From the NCBI GenBank assembly GCA_963805625.1, contig CAWDVE010000014.1:128001-192000 (forward strand): 64,000 nucleotides of DNA, written 5' to 3'. Under the pieces are notes generated by a model, which ran no database searches, was not told the origin of the DNA, and saw nothing but the letters and a program-made list of their open reading frames with translations. Positions 8,785 through 17,255 of the stretch are shown in pieces. Origin of the DNA: an uncultured Candidatus Rokubacteria bacterium. GTDB lineage: Bacteria; Methylomirabilota; Methylomirabilia; Rokubacteriales; DASRDR01. The position numbers and the translations under genes are program-made. Numbering within the stretch: position 1 is the stretch's first letter; each line of letters opens with the position of its first letter.

Positions 8785-9900
8785 ATGAGCGCCGACGGGC
8801 AGCCTGGGGGGCTGATCTTCGACGAGGCACCGCTCCGGGTCTACTGGGAGTTGACCCGGGCGTGTGATCTCGCCTGTCGGCACTGTCGCGCCGAGGCGAT
8901 CGCCCGGCGCGATCCCCGCGAGCTGACCTTGACCGAGGGACGCCAGCTGCTCGACGCGCTACGAGCGACCGCCACGCCTCCGCGCGTAGTGCTAACGGGA
9001 GGCGATCCGTTGAAGCGGCCCGACTTCTGGACGCTCCTCGAGCACGGGGTGGGGATCGGTCTTGGCGTCTCGGTCGCACCCAGTGCCACGCCGGCCCTCA
9101 CCACCGAGGTCGTCCGCCAGCTCCGGCGCGCGGGCATTGAAGCCATGTCGCTTAGCCTGGACGGCTCCGACGCCGCTCGGCACGACGGATTCCGCGGCGT
9201 GTCGGGCTGCTTCGCCCGGACGATGACGGCCATCCGAACGGCCGTCGAGGAAGGCATCCCGCTCCAGGTGAACACGCTCGCGACGGCCGAGACCCTCCCC
9301 GACCTCCCGGCCATCGCGGACCTGGTTGACGGGACGGGGGCCGCACGATGGAGCCTCTTCTTCCTCGTCCAGGTCGGCCGCGGCCGGACGCTCGACCAGC
9401 TGTCGCCCCGCGCGTGCGAGGCCCTTCTTGCCTGGCTCTGGCGGCGGGCGCAGCAGACCTCGCTCGTCGTCACGACGACCGAGGCTCCTCACTACCGGCG
9501 CGTGGCCCTCCAGCAGGCACGCGCGAAAGGGGCAGGCGGTCCCGAACCCCGAGTCGGTCCGACCCGACGGTCCGGCCTCGGCCTGCGCGACGGCAATGGG
9601 ATCATGTTCATCTCGCATACCGGGGAGGTCCAGCCGTCGGGCTTCCTCCCACTCACCGAGGGGAACGTGCGCACATCGAGCCCCCTCGATGTCTATCGGC
9701 AGAGCCCTGTCTTCCGGAGGCTCCGAGAGCCCGGACGTTTCGGCGGCCGGTGCGGCCGCTGCGAGTATCGGCAGATCTGTGGAGGCTCGCGGGCACGCGC
9801 CCACGCGGCCAGCGGCGATCCACTCGGGGAGGACCCGCTCTGCGCCTACGAGCCCGGCGTCCCCGACAAACCGCCGAGGGAGAGGTCAGCATGGGCATAG
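8785..9900 (+). CDS. Radical SAM/SPASM protein, AhbD/NirJ-like (TIGR04053-like)
   Basis: WELTRACDLACRHCRA (CxxxCxxC), LTGGDP and SPASM CGRCEYRQICGGSRARA...DPLC. Confidence 0.85.
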   Translation: MSADGQPGGLIFDEAPLRVYWELTRACDLACRHCRAEAIARRDPRELTLTEGRQLLDALRATATPPRVVLTGGDPLKRPDFWTLLEHGVGIGLGVSVAPSATPALTTEVVRQLRRAGIEAMSLSLDGSDAARHDGFRGVSGCFARTMTAIRTAVEEGIPLQVNTLATAETLPDLPAIADLVDGTGAARWSLFFLVQVGRGRTLDQLSPRACEALLAWLWRRAQQTSLVVTTTEAPHYRRVALQQARAKGAGGPEPRVGPTRRSGLGLRDGNGIMFISHTGEVQPSGFLPLTEGNVRTSSPLDVYRQSPVFRRLREPGRFGGRCGRCEYRQICGGSRARAHAASGDPLGEDPLCAYEPGVPDKPPRERSAWA

Positions 9901-10553
9901 CGCGTTTCGATCTCCAGGAGGCGACGATCGACCTTGACCGTCTCCTCACCAACACAGCGGACGGGGTGTGCGCCATCGGCGTCGATGGACGGATCGTGTT
10001 CTGGAACCGATCGGCGGAGCGCCTCCTCGGCTACACGGCCCGCGAGGTCGCCGGAAAGCCCTGCTGTGACGTCTTCGTTGGCCGCGACCCGGCCGGCAAT
10101 CGCCTCTGCTACCAGGGCTGCCACGTGCAGACGCTGGTGAAGCGGGGGGATGCCGTCGAGCACTTCGAGATGGCGACGCGCACGAAGGCCGGCCGACCCG
10201 TGTGGCTCGACATCAGCATCCTCGCCGTGCCCGGCACGCGGCGCGACGCGACGACGACCGTTCATCTCTTCCGCGACGTCACGACCGCGCACGAGGTGGA
10301 AACGCTCGTACGGGAGCGTCTCGCCCAGATGCGGCCCTCGTCCGACGACGACCAGCCGCCCTCGGATCTCACTCCCCGCGAGGTCACGATCCTGCGGTTG
10401 ATCGCCGGCGGTGCCAGCACGCGGGCCATGGCGGAGAAGCTCCACGTGAGCCCCGTCACCATCCGGAACCACGTCCAGCACATCCTGGGGAAGCTCGGCC
10501 TCCACAGCCGGCTCGAGGCAGCCGCCTACGCGACCCGCCGCGGGCTCGTCTGA
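9891..10553 (+). CDS. PAS + LuxR-HTH one-component transcriptional regulator
   Basis: PAS domain (DGRIVFWNRSAERLLGY) with CC...CxxxC. C-terminal LTPREVTIL...TIRNHVQHILGKLG. Confidence 0.9.
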   Translation: MGIARFDLQEATIDLDRLLTNTADGVCAIGVDGRIVFWNRSAERLLGYTAREVAGKPCCDVFVGRDPAGNRLCYQGCHVQTLVKRGDAVEHFEMATRTKAGRPVWLDISILAVPGTRRDATTTVHLFRDVTTAHEVETLVRERLAQMRPSSDDDQPPSDLTPREVTILRLIAGGASTRAMAEKLHVSPVTIRNHVQHILGKLGLHSRLEAAAYATRRGLV

Positions 10554-10737
10554 TACGTCGCGCGGGCCGCGCGGGGTGCCCCCGGGCGCCTCCTCGAGGC
10601 AGGCCGAATGACTGGGGCGTCGACGCCTCCGCAGGGAAGCGCTGCCGCGGTCCTCGTGGCGGAGAGGGCAAATGCCCTGACACGATGCCTTTGCACGCGA
10701 CTTCACGCGGATCATCGCGGTCGCCGGAGGTGGTCCC

Positions 10738-11121
10738 ATGAAAGCAATCCTCGCGCTCATCCTGACGGTGGCACTCGGCGCTCTGGCGATCGTGTATGCC
10801 CAGCCGGGGCCGATGCCCGGCGCGGGCCGCATGGGCCCGGGCATGATGATGGGGATGCACCAGCAGATGATGGGCATCATGCAGCAGATGGGCGGCATGA
10901 TGCAGCAGATGGGTGAGATGATGGCCGGTGGCGGGGAGATGTCGCCCGAGCGGATGAAGCAGATGGGCGAGGCGATGAAGCAGATGGGCAGCATGATGGG
11001 TAGCATGGGCGTGCGGGGCGGCTCGATGGGCCCGATGGCCATGCCCGAGATGTCGAAGATGATGGAGCAGATGGCCGAGATGCAGAAGCGCATGTCGGAC
11101 ATGATGGGCACGCCGAAGTGA
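10738..11121 (+). CDS. Secreted methionine-rich protein
   Basis: Signal peptide ending VYA. 35 Met in 127 aa. GGAGG RBS. Confidence 0.8.
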   Translation: MKAILALILTVALGALAIVYAQPGPMPGAGRMGPGMMMGMHQQMMGIMQQMGGMMQQMGEMMAGGGEMSPERMKQMGEAMKQMGSMMGSMGVRGGSMGPMAMPEMSKMMEQMAEMQKRMSDMMGTPK

Positions 11122-11123
11122 AG

Positions 11124-11154
11124 TGACGGCCGGTCGCTGCCCGGCCGGCCGTCA
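11124..11154. terminator. GC-rich hairpin between convergent genes
   Basis: tgacggccggtcg-ctgcc-cggccggccgtca inverted repeat immediately after the stop at 11121. No U-tract. Confidence 0.5.
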
Positions 11155-11202
11155 GAGCGATGTCGCCCAGGCGAGAAGGACCTTACCCTTCGCCTACGCG
11201 AC

Positions 11203-11295
11203 CTATCGCGCCACGCGGTTCAGGTAGGCCGCCCGAACCCGCGGGTCCCGCTTGAGTTCGTCCGCCCTCACCTCCGGCACCACGCGTGGGCGTCC
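11203..11295 (-). pseudogene. C-terminal remnant of a LivF-like ABC ATPase
   Basis: VVPEVRADELKRDPRVRAAYL resembles the LivF C-terminus (EL..DPRVRAAYLG). The rest of the gene is absent. Confidence 0.45.
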
Positions 11296-11336
11296 TACCG
11301 GGTGCCGCCGTGCGGGACGGCGTCTCCCCGGCCGGC

Positions 11337-12188
11337 TCAGAGGCGGAAAAGCTCCACCGCGTTGTCGCGGATGAGCTTTCGCTTGGCTTCGGGCTTGAGC
11401 CCGAGCTGCTCGACCTGATCCAGGCTCTCTTTCCAGGGTAGCCCGTTCGTCCCCCAGAGGCACCGGTCCTGGCCCATCCGGCTCCCGATGAACTGGATGA
11501 CCTCGGGCTTGAGGTACTTCGGCATCCAGGCATCGATGCCGAGCCAGACGTTCTCCCACTTGTAGCAGACGGAGATCAGCTCCTCGACCCAGGGCCAGCC
11601 CGTATGCGCGCCGATCATCTTGAGGTCCGGAAAGTCGCAGGCGATCCGGTCGAGGTACATCGGGCGCGCGTGCTCGCTCGGCATCGCCTCGAGCACGTGC
11701 CCTACCTGCATGGACACGGGCACGTTCAGCTCGACACACTTGGCGAACAGTGGGTACATCTTCGGATCGTGGAGCGGAATGTCGAACCCGAAGATGTGCA
11801 CGTACACGCCCTTGAATCCGTGCTCGCGCACGGCGACCTCGATCTCCCGCAGGCTGTCCTTGATCCGGAAAGGATTGTAGCCGGCCAGCCCGACGAAGCG
11901 GCCGGGGTATGCCCGCGTGTACTGGGTCACTTCCTCGAGCGTGGTGTCCATGTACATCCATTTGTTCCAGTGCGACCACATCTTGGTCTGCGTGACGAAC
12001 ACCCGTTCGACGTTGGCCTCATCCATTTTCTGGACCATGGCACTGATCGAGTCAAACGAGGGCAGGCCTCCGATCGCGCGCTCCATGCGGCAGATCAGCT
12101 CGCCCTTCTTGGCGTCGTTCCACTTGGCGATGAATTCCGGAGTGGCGACATAGTACATGAAGTCGATCGCCGGGACGTTCTGGGCCAT
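11337..12188 (-). CDS. Amidohydrolase_2 family metal-dependent hydrolase
   Basis: YPGRFVGLAGYNP, HGFKGV, PVSMQVGH, GAHTGWPW and LWGTN motifs. Start MAQNVPAIDF with GAGGAG RBS. Confidence 0.88.
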   Translation of the reverse strand: MAQNVPAIDFMYYVATPEFIAKWNDAKKGELICRMERAIGGLPSFDSISAMVQKMDEANVERVFVTQTKMWSHWNKWMYMDTTLEEVTQYTRAYPGRFVGLAGYNPFRIKDSLREIEVAVREHGFKGVYVHIFGFDIPLHDPKMYPLFAKCVELNVPVSMQVGHVLEAMPSEHARPMYLDRIACDFPDLKMIGAHTGWPWVEELISVCYKWENVWLGIDAWMPKYLKPEVIQFIGSRMGQDRCLWGTNGLPWKESLDQVEQLGLKPEAKRKLIRDNAVELFRL

Positions 12189-12301
12189 CGGGAGCTCCTC
12201 TCCGCTCGACTGGTTGTCCGGCCAAGACCGGGATTCGAGGCAGGGCCAGGGCATATGCACCTCCTGCCCCGGGGTCGGGCCCGCCGCCCCGGCCCCGGCG
12301 G

Positions 12302-12519
12302 TCAGCACATCGTCAATCCGCCGCTCACCGATAGCGTCTGGCCGGTGACGAAGTCCGATCCGGGCGAGGCGAAGAAGGCAACCGCCGCCGCGATCTCCTC
12401 GGGCGTGGCCACCCGGCCGAACGGGGTCGCGCGGGTCACGGCCTCGAGGATCTTCTCCATCTTCGGGGATTGATCCCGGAGGGACTGTAGCAGCGGCGTC
12501 TCGGTGAGCCGAGCTTCAA
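12302..12519 (-). pseudogene. Internally deleted SDR dehydrogenase, BadH-like (2-hydroxycyclohexanecarboxyl-CoA dehydrogenase type)
   Basis: AAGGAGG RBS and TTG AAG CTC are joined out of frame to the SDR C-terminus TETPLL...PFGRVATPEEIA...FVTGQTLSVSGGLTM. Rossmann and YxxxK regions are missing. Confidence 0.75.
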
Positions 12520-12531
12520 GGGGACCTCCTT

Positions 12532-13323
12532 TCAGCGGTCCTTCCATACCGGCGAGCGCTTCTGAAGGAAGGCACGCAACCCTTCCTCGGCATCCTCGGT
12601 CTGCATGAGCTGCCAGAGGTAGATCTCCTCCAGCTCCGAGAGCGCCGCGTCGAATCGGTCACCCTGCCCTCGCCGTACCGCCTGCTTGGTGAGTCGCAGG
12701 ATCGCCGCACTCTTGTCGGTGAAGGCAGCGATGGCCGCCGACACCGCGGACTCAAAGTCGCTGGCCGGCACGACCCGGTCTACCAAGCCGATCCGCTCCG
12801 CAGCCCGCGCCGGGAGCGTCTCGCCGGAGAGCAGGAGCTGGATGGTCCGTGGGATGCCGATCCGCGCCGGGTAGTGGACGGCCGCGATCGGTGGGAACAC
12901 GCCCACCTTGATCTCGGGCTGCCCAAAGGTGGCACTCTCGCTCGCGATCACGAGGTCGCAGAACGCGGCCAGCTCCGCCCCGCCGCCAAGCGCCGGCCCC
13001 TGGACCGCCGCCACCGTCGCGCACTCCAGTGCGTTGATAATCCGGAAGGCCCGGTGGAAGGCCGCCAACATGGGTCGGGCCCGGTCGCCGAGATGGTCCT
13101 CGACGGCCACTCCCGCACAGAACGCCCGACCCTCGGCGGCAAGAAGCAGCACCTTCACTTCCGCGCGGCGACCGACCTCTTCGAGCGCGGTGTCGAGCTC
13201 CTCGATGGCGTCGAGCGTGAGGATATTGAGCGGCGGCCGCGCCAGCGTGACGCGCGCCACGCTCTCGTCGAAGGTCAGCCGGATCGCGTGGTCTTCCACG
13301 GCGCTCTCGTGTCGGCCCAGCAT
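12532..13323 (-). CDS. Enoyl-CoA hydratase, cyclohexa-1,5-dienecarbonyl-CoA hydratase (Dch)-like
   Basis: RPPLNIL, FCAGVAVEDH, ALGGGAEL, FGQPEIKVGVFPP and LMQTEDAEEGLRAF. Next to the benzoyl-CoA reductase genes. Start uncertain. Confidence 0.8.
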   Translation of the reverse strand: MLGRHESAVEDHAIRLTFDESVARVTLARPPLNILTLDAIEELDTALEEVGRRAEVKVLLLAAEGRAFCAGVAVEDHLGDRARPMLAAFHRAFRIINALECATVAAVQGPALGGGAELAAFCDLVIASESATFGQPEIKVGVFPPIAAVHYPARIGIPRTIQLLLSGETLPARAAERIGLVDRVVPASDFESAVSAAIAAFTDKSAAILRLTKQAVRRGQGDRFDAALSELEEIYLWQLMQTEDAEEGLRAFLQKRSPVWKDR

Positions 13324-13347
13324 CGAGCCATCACCTCGCAAGCGGGG

Positions 13348-13363
13348 TATGACCCCTGTCATA
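13348..13363. promoter_or_regulatory. Palindromic operator TATGAC-CCCT-GTCATA
   Basis: Same arms and spacing as the 4165 site, just upstream of the hydratase. Confidence 0.65.
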
Positions 13364-13431
13364 GAAGGACAAGGCCGCGGCTTCCGGCCGCTGCCGGCCA
13401 GCCCGGATACAGCGCGCCAGTGACCGCGCAG

Positions 13432-13743
13432 CTACCGGAGAGGCTCTAGCCGGGGAGCTTCCGCGTCGCTCGAGATCTCCGGGAGGTCGCAGCAGCGTTG
13501 CGCGCATCCAGCGCGCAGCGGCCAGAGCGTACAGCCCCGGATCCGCAGGAGCGGCCGGCTCAAAGCGGCCGTCCACGCCGCATGCCCCGCATCGACCGCG
13601 ACGGCGGCCGGCAGGTGGGTTTCCGGGCAGCGTAGCCACCGCGGCGCCCGGAAACGCAGGTACACGCTCCCCGCGACGGGGACCAGGACGAATACAAACG
13701 CGACCACCGCGAGTCCCGCCAGGACCGCCCAGGGGTCTGTCAT
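13432..13743 (-). CDS. Small membrane-anchored Cys-containing hypothetical protein
   Basis: N-terminal TM helix, then CPET...AAVAVDA...CTLWP...CAQRCC. AGGAGG RBS before ATG 13743. Confidence 0.7.
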   Translation of the reverse strand: MTDPWAVLAGLAVVAFVFVLVPVAGSVYLRFRAPRWLRCPETHLPAAVAVDAGHAAWTAALSRPLLRIRGCTLWPLRAGCAQRCCDLPEISSDAEAPRLEPLR

Positions 13744-14049
13744 GGTCTCCTCCTTCCGGCTGCATTGCTGGCCCGACCGAGCGCCGGGCTCCGGGCACCG
13801 CGAGCGTCCCGGGCGAGACCCCTCGAATCGTCGGCCACATTCGAGCGCCCCGAGCCGGCGAAGTCCATGAGGCGATCGCCTCATTTGCCTGAACCCGGCG
13901 ACCCAGAAAACCCCCCGGATGCGGCGAACCAAGCTCCGACCTGATGCGATCGCGTCACGGAAATGAAGCGCTTGCCGGATTCCCGACGTCCCGGTGAACA
14001 GCTTACCGTCAGGCCAGACGATCGACTGTTCGGTGGGAGGTTCGGGCCG

Positions 14050-14694
14050 ATGATCGGAGCACGGTACGAGGGCATCCTGGAGGCGGCGTGCGACGTCATC
14101 GCGCGCCGTGGCTTCCAGCAGGCCTCAATCCGCGAGATCGCCAACGCCTCCGGCCTCTCGCTGGCCGGCCTGTACCACTATGTCGGTGGGAAAGACGAGC
14201 TACTGTTCCTGGTCCTGGACCGTGCCCTCGACCGGCTGCTCGCCGCACTCGAGGCCGCGTGCCGCGGGACGAGCACTCCCGGGGAGCGTCTTCACGCGCT
14301 GGTCGAGACCCATCTCGACTTCGCCTCGCGCGACCCGCACGCGCTCAAGATCGTCAACCGAGACTACGACCTGCTCGGCGAGCCGCACCGCTCAGAGGTC
14401 GCCGCCAAGCGGCAGGAGTACCTCCGTCGCGGGCTCGCGGTCCTGCGCGAGCTCGACCCGCACGAGCGCTCGGAAGAGGAGCTGTTCTCGGCGACGAACC
14501 TTCTCCTGGGCATGCTGAACGGCATCGGGACCCGACCGTTCGTCCGCTCCGGCCAGAGTGTCCGGACGCTCGCGAACGAGGTCACGAGCCTCTTCCTTCA
14601 CGGCTTTCTCGATAGAGGCACGGGGAGCTCGGGCCATGATCCGGAGCCTGTGGAGATGGCTGCAGGGCCAGATGGTACGGGGCGTGCCGGATAG
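14050..14694 (+). CDS. TetR-family transcriptional regulator
   Basis: ILEAACDVIARRGFQQASIREIA...GLYHYVGGKDELL HTH. Confidence 0.9.
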   Translation: MIGARYEGILEAACDVIARRGFQQASIREIANASGLSLAGLYHYVGGKDELLFLVLDRALDRLLAALEAACRGTSTPGERLHALVETHLDFASRDPHALKIVNRDYDLLGEPHRSEVAAKRQEYLRRGLAVLRELDPHERSEEELFSATNLLLGMLNGIGTRPFVRSGQSVRTLANEVTSLFLHGFLDRGTGSSGHDPEPVEMAAGPDGTGRAG

Positions 14695-14769
14695 CTTCGC
14701 TACGGCAGTGGACGCCTTGGCCTGCATGCCTGGACTCGGGGCCGGTAGGCCGGGGGATAGGGGAAGAGC

Positions 14770-15924
14770 ATGAAGCCGGACGCCCTCCTCGAGCACTGCC
14801 GGCAGCTGATCGCCGAACCGCTTGGGAACGTCGCGCGCCAGTGGAAGGCCGGCCATCCGGATGGCCGGGCCGTCGCCGTCTACCCTGTGTGGGCCCCGGC
14901 CGAGCTGATCCACGCAGCGGGCATGCTGCCGCTGGCTCTTCTCGGCGGCGGGGCGTCAGTCGAGCTCACGCACGCGGACGCCCGATTTCAGTCCTTCGTC
15001 TGCTCGATCGCCAAGTCCTCGCTCGAGCTGGGCTTCCAGGGGCTCGTCAAGGGGGTCGACGGGTTCATCTTCTCGAACATCTGCGACGTCGCTCGGAACC
15101 TTGGGAGCATCTACCGGCGGAACTTCCCGGACGCCTTCGTGGAGTACCTGCACCTGCCGCAGAACTCGACCTCACCCGCCGTCGCCGGCTACACAGCCGC
15201 CGAGCTCCGTCGACTGGCGGACCGATTCGAGGAGGCTTTCGCGCTGCCGGTCACCGAGGCCGCGCTCGAGAAGAGCATCGAGACCTACAACGCGCTTCGC
15301 GCACGGCTACGCGCTCTCTACGCGTTCCGGATCGAGGAGCCGCAGAAGCTCTCCACGACCGAGCTCTACGCGATCCAGCGGGCAACGACGCTGGTCCCAC
15401 CCGAGGTAAGTCTCGGATGGCTCGATACCCTGCTGGCCGAGCTGCCTCTTCGCTCGGCCAAGCCGCGCGACCGGCTCCGCGTCGTGATCGAAGGCGCCTT
15501 CTGCGAGCAGCCGCCGCTTGGCCTCCTGGAGGTACTCGAGGAAGCCGGCTGTTACGTCGTGGAAGACGATCTCCTGCTCGGCTGGCGCTGGTTCACGGCC
15601 GACGTGGACGGAAGCGGAGATCCGTTCGGACGACTCGGGCGCGCCTACGTGGATCGCGCCGTTCCCTCCTCCACCCGCCACGAGAGCCGCGTTCATCGCG
15701 CCGACGGTCTCATCGAGAAGGTGCGCCGGTCCCGCGCCGACGCGGTCGTGTTCATGCCAGCCAAGTTCTGTGAGCCGGCCCTCTTCGACTACGTCCTCAT
15801 GAAGCAGGGACTGGACCGCGCCGGCATCCCGCATCTCCTGGTCGAGTTCGAGGAGAAGATGTGGACCTTCGAGCGAACCCGGAACGAGATCGAGACCTTC
15901 GTCGAGTCCATGCTGTTCGACTAG
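14770..15924 (+). CDS. bcrC: Benzoyl-CoA reductase subunit C (BcrC/BadD/HgdB family)
   Basis: PAELIHAAG, QSFVCSI, ICDVARNL, GAFCEQPP, KFCEPAL and ETFVES motifs. Confidence 0.85.
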   Translation: MKPDALLEHCRQLIAEPLGNVARQWKAGHPDGRAVAVYPVWAPAELIHAAGMLPLALLGGGASVELTHADARFQSFVCSIAKSSLELGFQGLVKGVDGFIFSNICDVARNLGSIYRRNFPDAFVEYLHLPQNSTSPAVAGYTAAELRRLADRFEEAFALPVTEAALEKSIETYNALRARLRALYAFRIEEPQKLSTTELYAIQRATTLVPPEVSLGWLDTLLAELPLRSAKPRDRLRVVIEGAFCEQPPLGLLEVLEEAGCYVVEDDLLLGWRWFTADVDGSGDPFGRLGRAYVDRAVPSSTRHESRVHRADGLIEKVRRSRADAVVFMPAKFCEPALFDYVLMKQGLDRAGIPHLLVEFEEKMWTFERTRNEIETFVESMLFD

Positions 15925-15942
15925 GAGCGGGGAGGACTGTTC

Positions 15943-17226
15943 ATGGCCACCGCCGCCACGACCCAGCCGGTCACCGAGCGCCAGTACCAGGGTCGGATCC
16001 ACGTGCGCTCGCGCCAGCTCATGCTGGACTGGATGCGAGAGCTCTCGCGCGCCGAAGCCGAAGGTCGGACGACAGGCGCGCTCATGATCTCGGGGAACTG
16101 TGTCGAGCTCCTGCGGGCCTGCCACGTCATCCCGATGTTCCCCGAGGTCGTCGCGCTCCAGAACGCGATCCGCCACAAATCGCTTCCACTGATCCTGAAG
16201 GCCGAGCAGGCGGGATACTCGAGCGACAACTGCGCCTACGTCAAGGCCGATGTCGGGCTCTTCCTGGACGGCGGGATGGGGCCCGGAAAGTCGATCCCCT
16301 TCCCCACGATCATCGTGTGCAACTACGTGGGCTGCAACGTCTACGTCAAGTGGTTCGAGCACCTGGCCGACCTGAGCGGCGCGCGGCTGTTCATGCTCGA
16401 CGTGCCCTTCGCCCGGACCGACGTACCGAGCCCCGAGGACGTCCGCTACGTGGTGAGCCAGCTCGAGGAGTTGATCGCCCTGTGCGAGGGCGTGACCGGA
16501 CGGAAGTTCGACATCGACGAGCTGCGGGAAGTCCTGGGCCACGCCGCCCGCGCCGAGGACGGCTACGCACGCTGCAAGCACCTCACGAAGCACCACCCCG
16601 CGCCGTTCGACTCCTACTTCGATTCGATCAACATGATGGGGCCGATCAACGTGCTCCGGGGCACTCCCGAAGCGGCCGGCTTCTTCGACGAGGCGGTGGC
16701 CGAGTTCGAGGGTCTGGTGGAGGCCGGGCTCGGTCCGCTCTCCGAGGAGCGCTTCCGTACCGTCATCGAGGGGCCGCCCCCCTACCCCTACTACCGGAGC
16801 TTCCGCAACCTCTTCACCCGCTGGGGCGCGGTGGCCGTTCAGTCGACCTACTCGACAGTCGGCGGGATCTGGGAGTTCGGGTTCCGCAAGGATCCACGCC
16901 GTCCGCTTGAATCGATCGCCGAGCAGATGCTCCGCGAGAACCTGACCAACCGCTCGATCGTCGCCCGCTACGGGCAGATCAAGCGGTACGTGGAGGAGTG
17001 GGAGGCCGACGCGCTCGTCATCCACTCCATCAAGTCATGCCGGCTCTTCTCCGCCGGGCAGGGCGACATGCGCGACTACTTCACGCGGGAGCTGGGCGTG
17101 CCGACGCTGATGGTGGAGTCCGACCTGGAGGATCCCCGGTACTACGCGGAAGCTCAGATCAAGAACCGGATCGACGCGTTCTTCGAGTCGCTCGAGCACA
17201 AGAAGGTCGTGGCAGGCGCGCGCTAG
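15943..17226 (+). CDS. bcrB: Benzoyl-CoA reductase subunit B (BcrB/BadE family)
   Basis: GYSSDNCAYVKADVG, GCNVYVKWF, HSIKSCRLFSAGQ and ESDLEDPRYYAEAQIKNRIDAF. Confidence 0.85.
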   Translation: MATAATTQPVTERQYQGRIHVRSRQLMLDWMRELSRAEAEGRTTGALMISGNCVELLRACHVIPMFPEVVALQNAIRHKSLPLILKAEQAGYSSDNCAYVKADVGLFLDGGMGPGKSIPFPTIIVCNYVGCNVYVKWFEHLADLSGARLFMLDVPFARTDVPSPEDVRYVVSQLEELIALCEGVTGRKFDIDELREVLGHAARAEDGYARCKHLTKHHPAPFDSYFDSINMMGPINVLRGTPEAAGFFDEAVAEFEGLVEAGLGPLSEERFRTVIEGPPPYPYYRSFRNLFTRWGAVAVQSTYSTVGGIWEFGFRKDPRRPLESIAEQMLRENLTNRSIVARYGQIKRYVEEWEADALVIHSIKSCRLFSAGQGDMRDYFTRELGVPTLMVESDLEDPRYYAEAQIKNRIDAFFESLEHKKVVAGAR

Positions 17227-17255
17227 GGCCTGAGGAAGGCGAGGAGCGCCCGGAC

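Noticed and set aside
8531-9900. Confident RiPP (ranthipeptide) cluster
   Set aside because: No RRE, peptidase or transporter is visible and the enzyme looks AhbD/NirJ-like. Kept only as a low-weight alternative.
10830-11110. Tandem DNA repeats or CRISPR-like array (cagcagatgg units)
   Set aside because: The repeats are codon-level consequences of the Met/Gln-rich protein. There are no spacers or cas genes.
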